A stretch of DNA of 64,000 bases from an uncultured Christensenella sp. (GTDB taxonomy: Bacteria > Bacillota > Clostridia > Christensenellales > UBA3700): positions 192,738 through 256,737 of the forward strand of contig CASERZ010000001.1 in NCBI GenBank assembly GCA_949290515.1, in the 5' to 3' direction. The notes under the pieces were generated by a model, which was not told the DNA's origin, did not search any database, and saw only the letters and a program-made list of their open reading frames with translations. This document shows positions 45,774 to 54,639 of this stretch, piece after piece. Every line of letters starts with the position of its first letter. Within the stretch, counting starts at the first letter, position 1. Made by a program: the position numbers and the translations under genes.

Positions 45774-48143
45774 ATGGCTAATAAATACAATTTTATCAAC
45801 AGAAAAAGCCTGAAAGTGCTTGAATATGACAAAATTCTCGGCGCAATAGCTAACTATGCGTCATCTAAGCACGCGCGCGACGCTATATATGCAATCAGAC
45901 CTTCGCTTGAATTGGATGAGGCGCAGTATCTCTTGGACTTGACAAATCAGGCTTACCGCATAACTTTTGAATTTTGCGCAAGTCCGTCTTTTTCAATGGA
46001 CGAGGCGGACGATATTTTAGTTTCTGCCGAAAAGGGAGCTATGCTTTCGACGGGAGATATTTTAAGAATAGGAAGAATACTCAAGACTTCACGAATTATC
46101 TTTAATACCGTTACCGCAGTCAACGAAGAGGGGTTGGACGATATAAAAGAGCTTGCAAACTCGCTTTTTATCGACACAGAACTCGAAAACAGTATATATG
46201 AAAGTATACTCGGAGAAAACGAAATCAGCGACAATGCTTCCCCCACTTTGCGCTCGGTCAGACAGAGTATAAAGAATTGTAACGACAGAATAAGACAAAA
46301 GCTTATGTCGTATATTACGTCGTCAGACTACAGTCAGTATTTGCAGGATTCGCTTATCACAATGCGTAACAACCGTTACGTAATACCGCTGAAAAGCGAA
46401 TATTCGCGTCAGATAAAAGGATTGGTGCACGACCAGTCCGCTTCTGGTGCAACGGTATACGTTGAGCCTATGGCTATAGTCGAACTTAATAACGAGCTGA
46501 GAACGCTTGTTGCTGAAGAAAACAACGAAATCGAACGTATTTTGGCATTTTTTTCGCAAAAAATCTCTTACGAATGCGAAAAGATAAGATTATCTTACGA
46601 TACGGTTGCGCGTCTTGACGCTATCTTTTCAAAGGCAAGATACGCGCAGGAGATAAAAGGAGCTTACGTAAAAGTAAATAAGAACGGATACGTAAATATA
46701 ATTGCGGGTAGGCATCCTCTGATAGACAAACAAAAAGTCGTACCGGTGTCCGTAAGCGTAGGCGGTGCGTATAATACCTTGTTGATAACAGGTCCGAACA
46801 CAGGCGGTAAGACTGTATGTCTTAAGCTTGTAGGCATATTATCTCTTATGGCGGCCAGCGGAATTTTCCCTCCTTGCGACCTTGAAAGCGATATTGCCGT
46901 GTTTGATAATGTCTTTTGCGATATCGGCGACGAGCAGAATATAGAACAAAGTCTTTCGACTTTTTCGTCGCACCTGACGAATCTCATATATATTTGTAAC
47001 CACGTAAGTAAAAATTGCTTATTGCTTCTCGACGAATTGGGAGGGGGTACAGACCCTACCGAAGGCAGTGCGCTTGCAATAAGTCTGATTGAATACTTTA
47101 AAAGCAAAGGCTGTAAGACGGTTACGAGTACGCACTACAATGAGTTGAAAGAGTATTCTTTCGTCAATGACGATATAGCTACTGCCGGTATGGATTTCGA
47201 CCCGATTACATTTGCACCTACGTACAAACTCATTATGGGGCATACGTCTTCTTCAAACGCTCTCGAGATAGCTACCGCTTTGGGATTGAAAAAGGATATT
47301 GTGGAAAATGCCAGAGCAAGACTTTCTGACGAAAAGGTTGCGTTTGACAACATAATTAAAGGAGCGGAAAAAGCGCGCAGACAGGCAAAAGAATACGAAG
47401 AACAGACTAAAGCAGCGTATCAGGAGGCAAAAGCCGCGCTGGATGAAGCAAAGAAAACTCAAAACGACGTCAATTTAATGAAAGAAAAACTCGAGGAGAA
47501 GATGAGAAAGTCTGCAAAAGAGCTCCTCGGGGATTATCTGGACGAAGCGGAAGAGTTGGTCGACGAACTCAAAGAGCTGGTTAAAAAAGGCGACGAACAA
47601 GCCTTGTTTGAGGCAAGAAAACTAAAAAGCAAACTTAAGGATATAGAAATCGTATCGGATAAACCACATAATTCCTATCGCGAAATAGGCGGTCAGATAT
47701 GCGCGGGAGACAGCGTATATATCGCTTCGCTTGACAGCGTAGGAGAGGTTTTGAGCGTAAACGATAAGAAAAAAGAATGTCAGGTCAGAGTCGGTATTCT
47801 CACTTCAAATATAAAACTAAAAGACTGCAAACGAGTTTCTACCGATAAGCAAAAAGCTCAACCTAAGGTTACGGTAACAAAAGAGTATTCAAACAAACCA
47901 TTTTCCTTTGAGATAAATCTTATAGGCCAGCGCGTGGACGAAGCTTTGTATAATCTCGATAATTATATGAGTGAAGCCGTATTGCACAATTGCAGCGAAA
48001 TCAGGGTAGTTCACGGCAAGGGTACGGGAATTTTGAGAAAAGCCGTTCAGGAGTATCTTAAGGATAGTCCTTACGTAGAGTCTTTCAGACTGGGTAAATA
48101 CGGAGAAGGTGAAAGCGGAGTAACTATTGTTACTCTCAAGTGA
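45774..48143 (+). CDS. mutS2: Endonuclease MutS2 (MutS domain plus C-terminal Smr domain)
   Basis: Walker A ITGPNTGGKT, DELGGGTDP, a coiled-coil region, and a C-terminal Smr domain (LIGQRVDEA..VVHGKGTGILR). Confidence 0.93.
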   Translation: MANKYNFINRKSLKVLEYDKILGAIANYASSKHARDAIYAIRPSLELDEAQYLLDLTNQAYRITFEFCASPSFSMDEADDILVSAEKGAMLSTGDILRIGRILKTSRIIFNTVTAVNEEGLDDIKELANSLFIDTELENSIYESILGENEISDNASPTLRSVRQSIKNCNDRIRQKLMSYITSSDYSQYLQDSLITMRNNRYVIPLKSEYSRQIKGLVHDQSASGATVYVEPMAIVELNNELRTLVAEENNEIERILAFFSQKISYECEKIRLSYDTVARLDAIFSKARYAQEIKGAYVKVNKNGYVNIIAGRHPLIDKQKVVPVSVSVGGAYNTLLITGPNTGGKTVCLKLVGILSLMAASGIFPPCDLESDIAVFDNVFCDIGDEQNIEQSLSTFSSHLTNLIYICNHVSKNCLLLLDELGGGTDPTEGSALAISLIEYFKSKGCKTVTSTHYNELKEYSFVNDDIATAGMDFDPITFAPTYKLIMGHTSSSNALEIATALGLKKDIVENARARLSDEKVAFDNIIKGAEKARRQAKEYEEQTKAAYQEAKAALDEAKKTQNDVNLMKEKLEEKMRKSAKELLGDYLDEAEELVDELKELVKKGDEQALFEARKLKSKLKDIEIVSDKPHNSYREIGGQICAGDSVYIASLDSVGEVLSVNDKKKECQVRVGILTSNIKLKDCKRVSTDKQKAQPKVTVTKEYSNKPFSFEINLIGQRVDEALYNLDNYMSEAVLHNCSEIRVVHGKGTGILRKAVQEYLKDSPYVESFRLGKYGEGESGVTIVTLK

Positions 48144-48146
48144 TAT

Positions 48147-48635
48147 ATGAGATATTCTGTTAAGATAAGTCAAAATAAGTATGGCGCACTCAAAATTATA
48201 ATTCTTGGTATATGTCTTTTGATAGATTTGATTGCGATAGCTTCTGTTATCGGCGCGATTGCAACAAAGACATATTCGGATATTGCGCTTTACGTTGCGA
48301 TTATGGCGGGAGTTTTATGTATTCAGATTGCGTCAACCTTTCTTACGTATTCGTTGGAATACAGGTTTGACGATGGAGTGCTGACAATCGACAGAGTATT
48401 TCCTATGCTAAGACAGCAAATATTCAAGGGCGAAAAAGGTAGTTATTCGCTTATGCCTTTGAATACCGCCGCCAATATCAATGTGAAAACTAAAGATAAA
48501 AATGCCGTACGATTGTGTATTAATACTTGCCCGTACGCGATATATATGCTAGAATTATCGGGTAAAAAATATATCGTCAATCTCGACGATTACCTATACG
48601 CGATAGCAACAGAGGATGAAAATGATATATCTTGA
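48147..48635 (+). CDS. Hypothetical membrane protein (two TM helices plus a soluble C-terminal part)
   Basis: ORF tightly packed between mutS2 and the cysteine desulfurase gene. No recognisable motif. Confidence 0.5.
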   Translation: MRYSVKISQNKYGALKIIILGICLLIDLIAIASVIGAIATKTYSDIALYVAIMAGVLCIQIASTFLTYSLEYRFDDGVLTIDRVFPMLRQQIFKGEKGSYSLMPLNTAANINVKTKDKNAVRLCINTCPYAIYMLELSGKKYIVNLDDYLYAIATEDENDIS

Positions 48636-49809
48636 CAATGCGGCTACTACCGCGCTTGACGAAAAGTGTCTTGACATAATAAGAGAGTACAATGTGGAGA
48701 GATTCTACAATCCCTCGGCATTGTATCGTAAAGCAATGGAAAGTGCCAATGCAATAAAGCAGGCTCGTAATTCGATAGCCAAATCGCTGGGAGTAAAAGG
48801 CGAAGAAATAATTTTTACCACTTCGGGCAGCGAGGCTGACAATATCGCGCTTTTATGTTCTGTGAGAGCTAAAAGCGGTAAAGTGATAATAGGCTCAAGC
48901 GAGCATAGTGCGGTATATAACACCGCGCTTGAACTCAAAGTAAGAGGTTATGACGTGGTTTTCGCACCTTGCGACAAATACGGTAGGACAGACGTAGGGC
49001 AACTCGAAAAATTGATAGACAACACCGTTGTGCTTGTTTCGGTAATGCACGTGTGTAACGAAACGGGTGCGCTCAACGATTTGTCTGCTATTTCAAAAAT
49101 AATAAAAGCAAAGGCGCCCAGGGCAATATTCCATTCGGACGGAGTGCAGGCATACGGCAAAATCCCCGTAAATCTCAAAAGTCTCGGCGTAGACTTGTAC
49201 AGTATAAGCGGGCATAAAATACACGCGCCAAAAGGTATAGGTGCGCTCTATTGTCGCAGCGGACTTTATCTCAGGACTTTCGTGTTCGGCGGAGGACAAG
49301 AAAACAACGTGCGTTCGGCTACGGAAAACTTGCCGTCGATTGTCGCTTTCGGATATCTAGCGGAGAAAAACTTGCCGTCATTAACTGATAATTATAAAAA
49401 AACCACAGAATTGAGAGATTATCTGTATCAAAAACTTACAGATAATTTCGAAAACGTGAAAATAAATACCGATTTACTGCATTCGTCTCCATACGTATTT
49501 TCTTTTGCGCTCAACAGTGCGAGAGGCGAGGTGCTGGTTCATTGCCTCGAAGACAGGGGAATTATAGTGGGTACAGGCTCGGCGTGTAATTCACAGAAGT
49601 CTACAAAACGTATTCCCGCAGCTTTGGGTATCGAGGGGGATTACGCGCAGGGAATGTTGAGAGTAAGTTTTAACGAAAATAATACTAAAGACGATATAGA
49701 CGCATTTATAGACGCTCTCGCACAAAGCCTCGAAGAGTTGATAAAATATCAGAATAAGAGCAGTAATAAAGACGATTGTATATTGTCCCGACTTAAATTG
49801 AGAAAATGA
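48622..49809 (+). CDS. Cysteine desulfurase (NifS/IscS class V aminotransferase), ThiI partner
   Basis: IYLDNAATT N-terminus and PLP-lysine context SGHKIHAPKGIGALY. The start could also be the ATG at 48616, but 48622 has better spacing from AGAGG. Confidence 0.88.
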   Translation: MIYLDNAATTALDEKCLDIIREYNVERFYNPSALYRKAMESANAIKQARNSIAKSLGVKGEEIIFTTSGSEADNIALLCSVRAKSGKVIIGSSEHSAVYNTALELKVRGYDVVFAPCDKYGRTDVGQLEKLIDNTVVLVSVMHVCNETGALNDLSAISKIIKAKAPRAIFHSDGVQAYGKIPVNLKSLGVDLYSISGHKIHAPKGIGALYCRSGLYLRTFVFGGGQENNVRSATENLPSIVAFGYLAEKNLPSLTDNYKKTTELRDYLYQKLTDNFENVKINTDLLHSSPYVFSFALNSARGEVLVHCLEDRGIIVGTGSACNSQKSTKRIPAALGIEGDYAQGMLRVSFNENNTKDDIDAFIDALAQSLEELIKYQNKSSNKDDCILSRLKLRK

Positions 49810-49816
49810 GGTTGTT

Positions 49817-50992
49817 ATGGAAGAAAAGAAAGTAATTTTATTGAGATACGGAGAGATTTTTCTCAAGGGTAAGAATAAAAACATATTCGAAAGAAGACTT
49901 ATCGAAAATATCAAAACGGCTTTGACGGGACTTGAATTTAAGTTTATCCGTACGCAAAACAGATATTATATCGAAGATTACGACGAGAATCTGCAGGATA
50001 CTTTTATAGACAGGCTTACAAAAGTATTCGGACTTCATTCGCTGTCAGTAGCTACAAAAGTCAAGACGGATTACGAAAATCTAAAAAAGGCGATTATCGA
50101 ATATATGCCCGAGGAAGGCACTTTCAGAGTAAGTGTGAAAAGGGCGGATAAATCGCTCGATATGACAAGTCCGCAAATAGGAGCTATGCTGGGCGGATAT
50201 ATACTTTCGAAAAACAAGTCGCTGAGTGTCGATTTGTATTATCCTCAAAGCGAAATATTCGTAGATATAAGAGAGAGCGGATATTCTTATCTTTTCAGAG
50301 ATAAAATCGACTGCGCTCAGGGAATGCCTGTAGGTAGTGCGGGAAGAGGACTTTTACTTCTCAGCGGAGGATTTGACAGTCCCGTAGCCGGATACAGAAT
50401 GGCAAGACGCGGTATGGAGATATATGCGGTACATTTCCACAGCTATCCTCATACAAGCGAACTTGCTCAGCAGAAAGTTATAGACCTTGCAGGAAAGCTT
50501 ACGAAATATTGCGGCAATATAAAACTTTTTGTAGTCAGATTTACTGAGATACAGCAAGCTATCCACGAATTTTGCAGAGAAGATTTTATGATTACCATAA
50601 TGCGCAGAATAATGGTTGAGATTGCTGAAAAACTTGCTAATAAAAACGGATGTGCTGCGCTGATAACCGGAGAAAGTCTCGGACAAGTGGCAAGTCAGAC
50701 TACTCAAAGTATAACCGTTACAAACGAGGCGGTAAAACTTTTGCCTGTTTTCAGACCTCTTATCGGTATGGATAAGTACGAGATAATGGATACGGCAGCC
50801 GCGATAGATACGTACGATATATCGCAACTGCCTTATGAGGACTGCTGTACCGTATTCTTGCCTAAAAATCCAGTCATCAAGCCCTCCTTGGATGTGGCAA
50901 AAAAGGAGCAGGCAAAGATTGAAAATCTCGAAAATATGATTGATATTGCAGTAGATACCGCTGAGGTAATGACTATTACGCCTGATTGTTAG
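49817..50992 (+). CDS. thiI: tRNA 4-thiouridine(8) synthase ThiI
   Basis: THUMP domain followed by the PP-loop LLSGGFDSPVA. Confidence 0.92.
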   Translation: MEEKKVILLRYGEIFLKGKNKNIFERRLIENIKTALTGLEFKFIRTQNRYYIEDYDENLQDTFIDRLTKVFGLHSLSVATKVKTDYENLKKAIIEYMPEEGTFRVSVKRADKSLDMTSPQIGAMLGGYILSKNKSLSVDLYYPQSEIFVDIRESGYSYLFRDKIDCAQGMPVGSAGRGLLLLSGGFDSPVAGYRMARRGMEIYAVHFHSYPHTSELAQQKVIDLAGKLTKYCGNIKLFVVRFTEIQQAIHEFCREDFMITIMRRIMVEIAEKLANKNGCAALITGESLGQVASQTTQSITVTNEAVKLLPVFRPLIGMDKYEIMDTAAAIDTYDISQLPYEDCCTVFLPKNPVIKPSLDVAKKEQAKIENLENMIDIAVDTAEVMTITPDC

Positions 50993-50993
50993 G

Positions 50994-53264
50994 TCAATTC
51001 ATAAACCGCTTTGCTAAGAAACCGCTGTAGTATTTGTACGGCTCTCCGATAATCTCTTTGCCGTCATCATCGACGTAATAAGGGATAAGCGTTATTTTGG
51101 AGCCGAGAAAGGCATCGGAATCGAAGCTGAAGGAGGCATTACCGCTTTTACCTTTGATATTATACACCAAATTTTCGCCTTCGGTAAAAGTGCGTTTATA
51201 TATTTTGTAATTCAGACGGGGATTGTATTCGAAAGTAAGGGATACAACTCCGTCTTTTTGCGTAAATACTGCATTTTCGACTGACAAACCGTCATAAGAG
51301 TTGTCTTTTTCTGTCGGCATACATTTTTGCGAAGCAAGAGTTTTTACTTTTGAGTATTCGGGGGCGTGTTCGCTTGCAATAACCGTTTTATTGAGGTTGT
51401 CATAAGAGTATCTGTCAAGATATATCTCTTCGATGCCGTCGGGGACGGGGAAGTCTATCGGCGTTATGTCAGAATAGAATTTGCTTAAGAAATTCTTGGT
51501 CATAAGCGCGGTTGCGCCGCCGCCGGTATTGCTTGCACTCATAGCGCTACCGCCTTGCCAGAAAAGGAAAGTATCCGAAGAGGTGTAACTGAGGCAATAT
51601 ATATCGCTGTTAAAGTTCTTGTCTTCCATAGATACGGTACCTGTTTTGCAAGCAACATCGAATTTGCAATCGGCAAGCTTTTTTCCCGTACCCGTTTTTG
51701 CGCATTCTTTAAGCATAGACGTCATAAGATATCCGCTTTGCTGGTCGAATACTCGCGTAGGCACGTCATCGTCGTAATTATACAATACGCTTCCGTTGCT
51801 GTCGACTATTTGTCTGATAAACGTCGGCTTCCTGTATGCGCCGTAGTTAGACAAAGCGGTATATCCGCCCAAAAGGTCAATCATAGATATTCCGTAAGTC
51901 GTGCCGCCTAATGCAAGAGCGAAATTATCGTCTTGCTCGCAAGTGGGTATTCCCATTTTAGACAAATAGTCTTTAGAGGTCGCGACGGACAGAGATTGCA
52001 TTATTTTTACTGCGGGGATATTGAGCGATTTTGATACCGCTTCCTGCATACTTGTCCATCCGTAATATATATCTTTGTAATTAGAAGGAGAGTAATTTCC
52101 GAAAGAAGTCGGCTCATCCAGGATTTTAGTAGCGGGAGATATAAGCCCTTGGTCAAGCGCCGGAGCATAGCAAGCCAAAGGTTTTATAGTCGACCCGACT
52201 TGTCTCGTATAATTGAAAATATCTATATCGTAGCGGGATGCAACCGCGCTGATTCCTCTCGAATAATTATCGCATACGATAGCTAAAGAATTGACTTCAT
52301 CGTTTTCGTAATACGACTTATCGAATACGGTCGAGCAGAGTGCCTGCTGAGCCGAAGGAGAGTAGAAAGTATATATTTTTACACCTTCGTTTCGCATTGT
52401 ATTTTCGTCGCTGTTCAAAATAGACGCTGCTTCAGAAAGTGCACTTTTAAGATAATAATCTTCTAGATTATTCTCAATTAACGCATTTTTTATAGTAATA
52501 TCTTGATTTGCGAGGTTATTATAGGTATCTTCGTCTATATACTTCTGCTCACGCATAAGTCTTAAAACAAGCCTTGCTCTTTCTATTGAATTATCGTAAT
52601 AGTTGATAGGATTGTATTTGGTAGGACTCTTAATTATCCCGGCAAGCATAGCGCACTCCAATGCGTTCAACTCGTCTAAGTCTTTATCGAAAAATCTTCT
52701 CGACGCATTTTTTATGCCGTATTCTCCGCTACCGAAATAGAGCATATTGAGATACTTTTCCAATATCTCGTCTTTGGTCAATTTTTTCTCTAGTTTTATG
52801 GCAAGCTGCATCTCTTTGAATTTTCTCTCAAACGTTTGCTCGCTGGAGAGATAGACGTTTTTGACTAATTGCTGCGTAATCGTAGACGCGCCCTGAGTGC
52901 GCTCTCCTTTTGCATTGTTAATAAGCGCGCCGAATATACGCCTGTAGTCTATTCCGTGGTGAGAATAAAAGCGTTTGTCTTCCACCGCAACAAAAGCGTT
53001 TTTGAGCAGTACGGGTATCTGCGATATATCCGCATATTCTGTTTCGCTTTCGTCTTTTATAGGCTTGTCCTCTTTGTCATATACGGTAAGTTCGGAGCAA
53101 GCGTTTTCCAAAAGCGCAAGGTCAGGTTGCTCACCACCTAAATACAATACGGCAAAAAATAAGCCTGTACCGACTAAGGAAAGCGTAAATACAGTCAGCA
53201 CTAGAGTTAAAAATACTTTGCTAAGAGTCGAAAGACGTTTTTTATTTGTATTATTTTTTTTCAT
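50994..53264 (-). CDS. Class A penicillin-binding protein (bifunctional glycosyltransferase/transpeptidase, PBP1A-like)
   Basis: GT51 motifs (EDKRFYSHHGID, GASTITQQLVKN). Transpeptidase motifs STIKP and KTGT. N-terminal TM anchor. Confidence 0.92.
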   Translation of the reverse strand: MKKNNTNKKRLSTLSKVFLTLVLTVFTLSLVGTGLFFAVLYLGGEQPDLALLENACSELTVYDKEDKPIKDESETEYADISQIPVLLKNAFVAVEDKRFYSHHGIDYRRIFGALINNAKGERTQGASTITQQLVKNVYLSSEQTFERKFKEMQLAIKLEKKLTKDEILEKYLNMLYFGSGEYGIKNASRRFFDKDLDELNALECAMLAGIIKSPTKYNPINYYDNSIERARLVLRLMREQKYIDEDTYNNLANQDITIKNALIENNLEDYYLKSALSEAASILNSDENTMRNEGVKIYTFYSPSAQQALCSTVFDKSYYENDEVNSLAIVCDNYSRGISAVASRYDIDIFNYTRQVGSTIKPLACYAPALDQGLISPATKILDEPTSFGNYSPSNYKDIYYGWTSMQEAVSKSLNIPAVKIMQSLSVATSKDYLSKMGIPTCEQDDNFALALGGTTYGISMIDLLGGYTALSNYGAYRKPTFIRQIVDSNGSVLYNYDDDVPTRVFDQQSGYLMTSMLKECAKTGTGKKLADCKFDVACKTGTVSMEDKNFNSDIYCLSYTSSDTFLFWQGGSAMSASNTGGGATALMTKNFLSKFYSDITPIDFPVPDGIEEIYLDRYSYDNLNKTVIASEHAPEYSKVKTLASQKCMPTEKDNSYDGLSVENAVFTQKDGVVSLTFEYNPRLNYKIYKRTFTEGENLVYNIKGKSGNASFSFDSDAFLGSKITLIPYYVDDDGKEIIGEPYKYYSGFLAKRFMN

Positions 53265-53278
53265 TATAATATTATTAC

Positions 53279-53307
53279 TTGTCTTTTTTTTGTGTTTTCG
53301 ATATAAT
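53279..53307 (+). promoter_or_regulatory. Candidate promoter abutting the miaB start (possible leaderless mRNA)
   Basis: TTGTCT (53279-53284), 17-nt spacer, TATAAT (53302-53307), then 6 nt to the ATG at 53314. No Shine-Dalgarno. Confidence 0.4.
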
Positions 53308-53313
53308 TGTTAT

Positions 53314-54636
53314 ATGCAAAAATATAAGATTATTACGTACGGTTGCCAAATGAATATTCACGAATCGGAGAAGATAGCCGGTATTCTCGAAGATATGGGC
53401 TATAGTGAATGTTCTGACGAAAAAGACGCCGATATTATAGTTTTCAACACCTGCTGTATCAGAGATAACGCCGAAAAACGCGCTTTGGGCAATATCGGCG
53501 CAGTCAAACACCTCAAAAAAGAGAATAAAAATCTGATTATCGCCGTTGTGGGTTGTATGACGCAACAAGAGGGAGCGGGGCTTACTCTCAGAGAAAAATA
53601 TCCCTATGTCGATATAGTTCTCGGTACAAACAATCTTCACGAATTGGAAAATTGTATCGTAAGACTTCGCAACAGCAAGAAAAAAAGCGTCCTTATCGCC
53701 CCCAATGACCGTCCACAAGTGCGTGAAGGCGAACGAGTATACCGCACGAGCGGTACAAATGCGTGGCTCAACATTATGTACGGATGCAACAATTTCTGTA
53801 CGTATTGTATAGTTCCTTATGTGCGCGGGCGCGAAAGAAGTCGCAAAATGTCAAATATAATGGACGAATTCAAAAGACTTCTTGACGAAGGATACAAGGA
53901 AATTACGCTTTTGGGACAAAACGTAAATTCTTACGGACACGACCTTGACGACGGTAGTTCGTTTGCTGGACTGCTGAGCGAAATCAGCAAGATTAAGGGT
54001 AAGCACAGAGTGCGTTTTATGACGTCGCATCCCAAAGACCTTAACCGAGAAGTGATAGATATTATTGCCGAAAGTCCTACGATTTGCAATAATATTCACC
54101 TTCCTATTCAGTCAGGCTCTGACAAGATTTTGCAACTGATGAACAGACATTATACCCGCGATTACTATCTTGAAACTATTGACGCGATAAAAGCCAAAAT
54201 TCCCGATTGCGGAATTACTACCGATATTATGGTGGGTTTCCCTTACGAAACAGAAGAGGATTTTCAGGATACGCTCGATATCGTTCGCAGAGTAAAGTAT
54301 TCAAGCGCGTTTACATTCGTATATTCGGTCAGAAAAGGAACAAAAGCCGCATTGATGCCTCAAATTCCGCCCGAAGTATCCAAAGACAGAATAACGCGTC
54401 TTATTGCGGAACAAAACAAGATAACTAAAGAATTGTCCAGACTTTACGAAGGCAAAGTATATGAGGTATTGTGCGAAGACAAGGCTCCCAAAAAAGAAGG
54501 ATACGTGTGCGGACGTACTGACAGCGGAAGACTTGTTACGTTCAAGGGAGAAGACAACCTTATAGGCTCTTTTGTAAACGTAAAAATCAACAAATCTCAA
54601 TCTGCGTCGCTTTTCGGCGATATAGTGGAGGATTAA
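53314..54636 (+). CDS. miaB: tRNA-2-methylthio-N6-dimethylallyladenosine synthase MiaB (radical SAM)
   Basis: MQKYKIITYGCQMNIHESE N-terminus, radical-SAM CNNFCTYC motif, TRAM domain. The track ORF (from 52975) carries a spurious 113-codon extension antisense to the PBP gene. Confidence 0.9.
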   Translation: MQKYKIITYGCQMNIHESEKIAGILEDMGYSECSDEKDADIIVFNTCCIRDNAEKRALGNIGAVKHLKKENKNLIIAVVGCMTQQEGAGLTLREKYPYVDIVLGTNNLHELENCIVRLRNSKKKSVLIAPNDRPQVREGERVYRTSGTNAWLNIMYGCNNFCTYCIVPYVRGRERSRKMSNIMDEFKRLLDEGYKEITLLGQNVNSYGHDLDDGSSFAGLLSEISKIKGKHRVRFMTSHPKDLNREVIDIIAESPTICNNIHLPIQSGSDKILQLMNRHYTRDYYLETIDAIKAKIPDCGITTDIMVGFPYETEEDFQDTLDIVRRVKYSSAFTFVYSVRKGTKAALMPQIPPEVSKDRITRLIAEQNKITKELSRLYEGKVYEVLCEDKAPKKEGYVCGRTDSGRLVTFKGEDNLIGSFVNVKINKSQSASLFGDIVED

Positions 54637-54639
54637 GCT

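Noticed and set aside
52975-53313. 113-codon N-terminal extension of the miaB ORF in the supplied track.
   Set aside because: The extension is antisense to the PBP1A N-terminus. The MiaB homology begins at MQKYKIITYGCQMN (ATG at 53314), and the extension sequence is low complexity.
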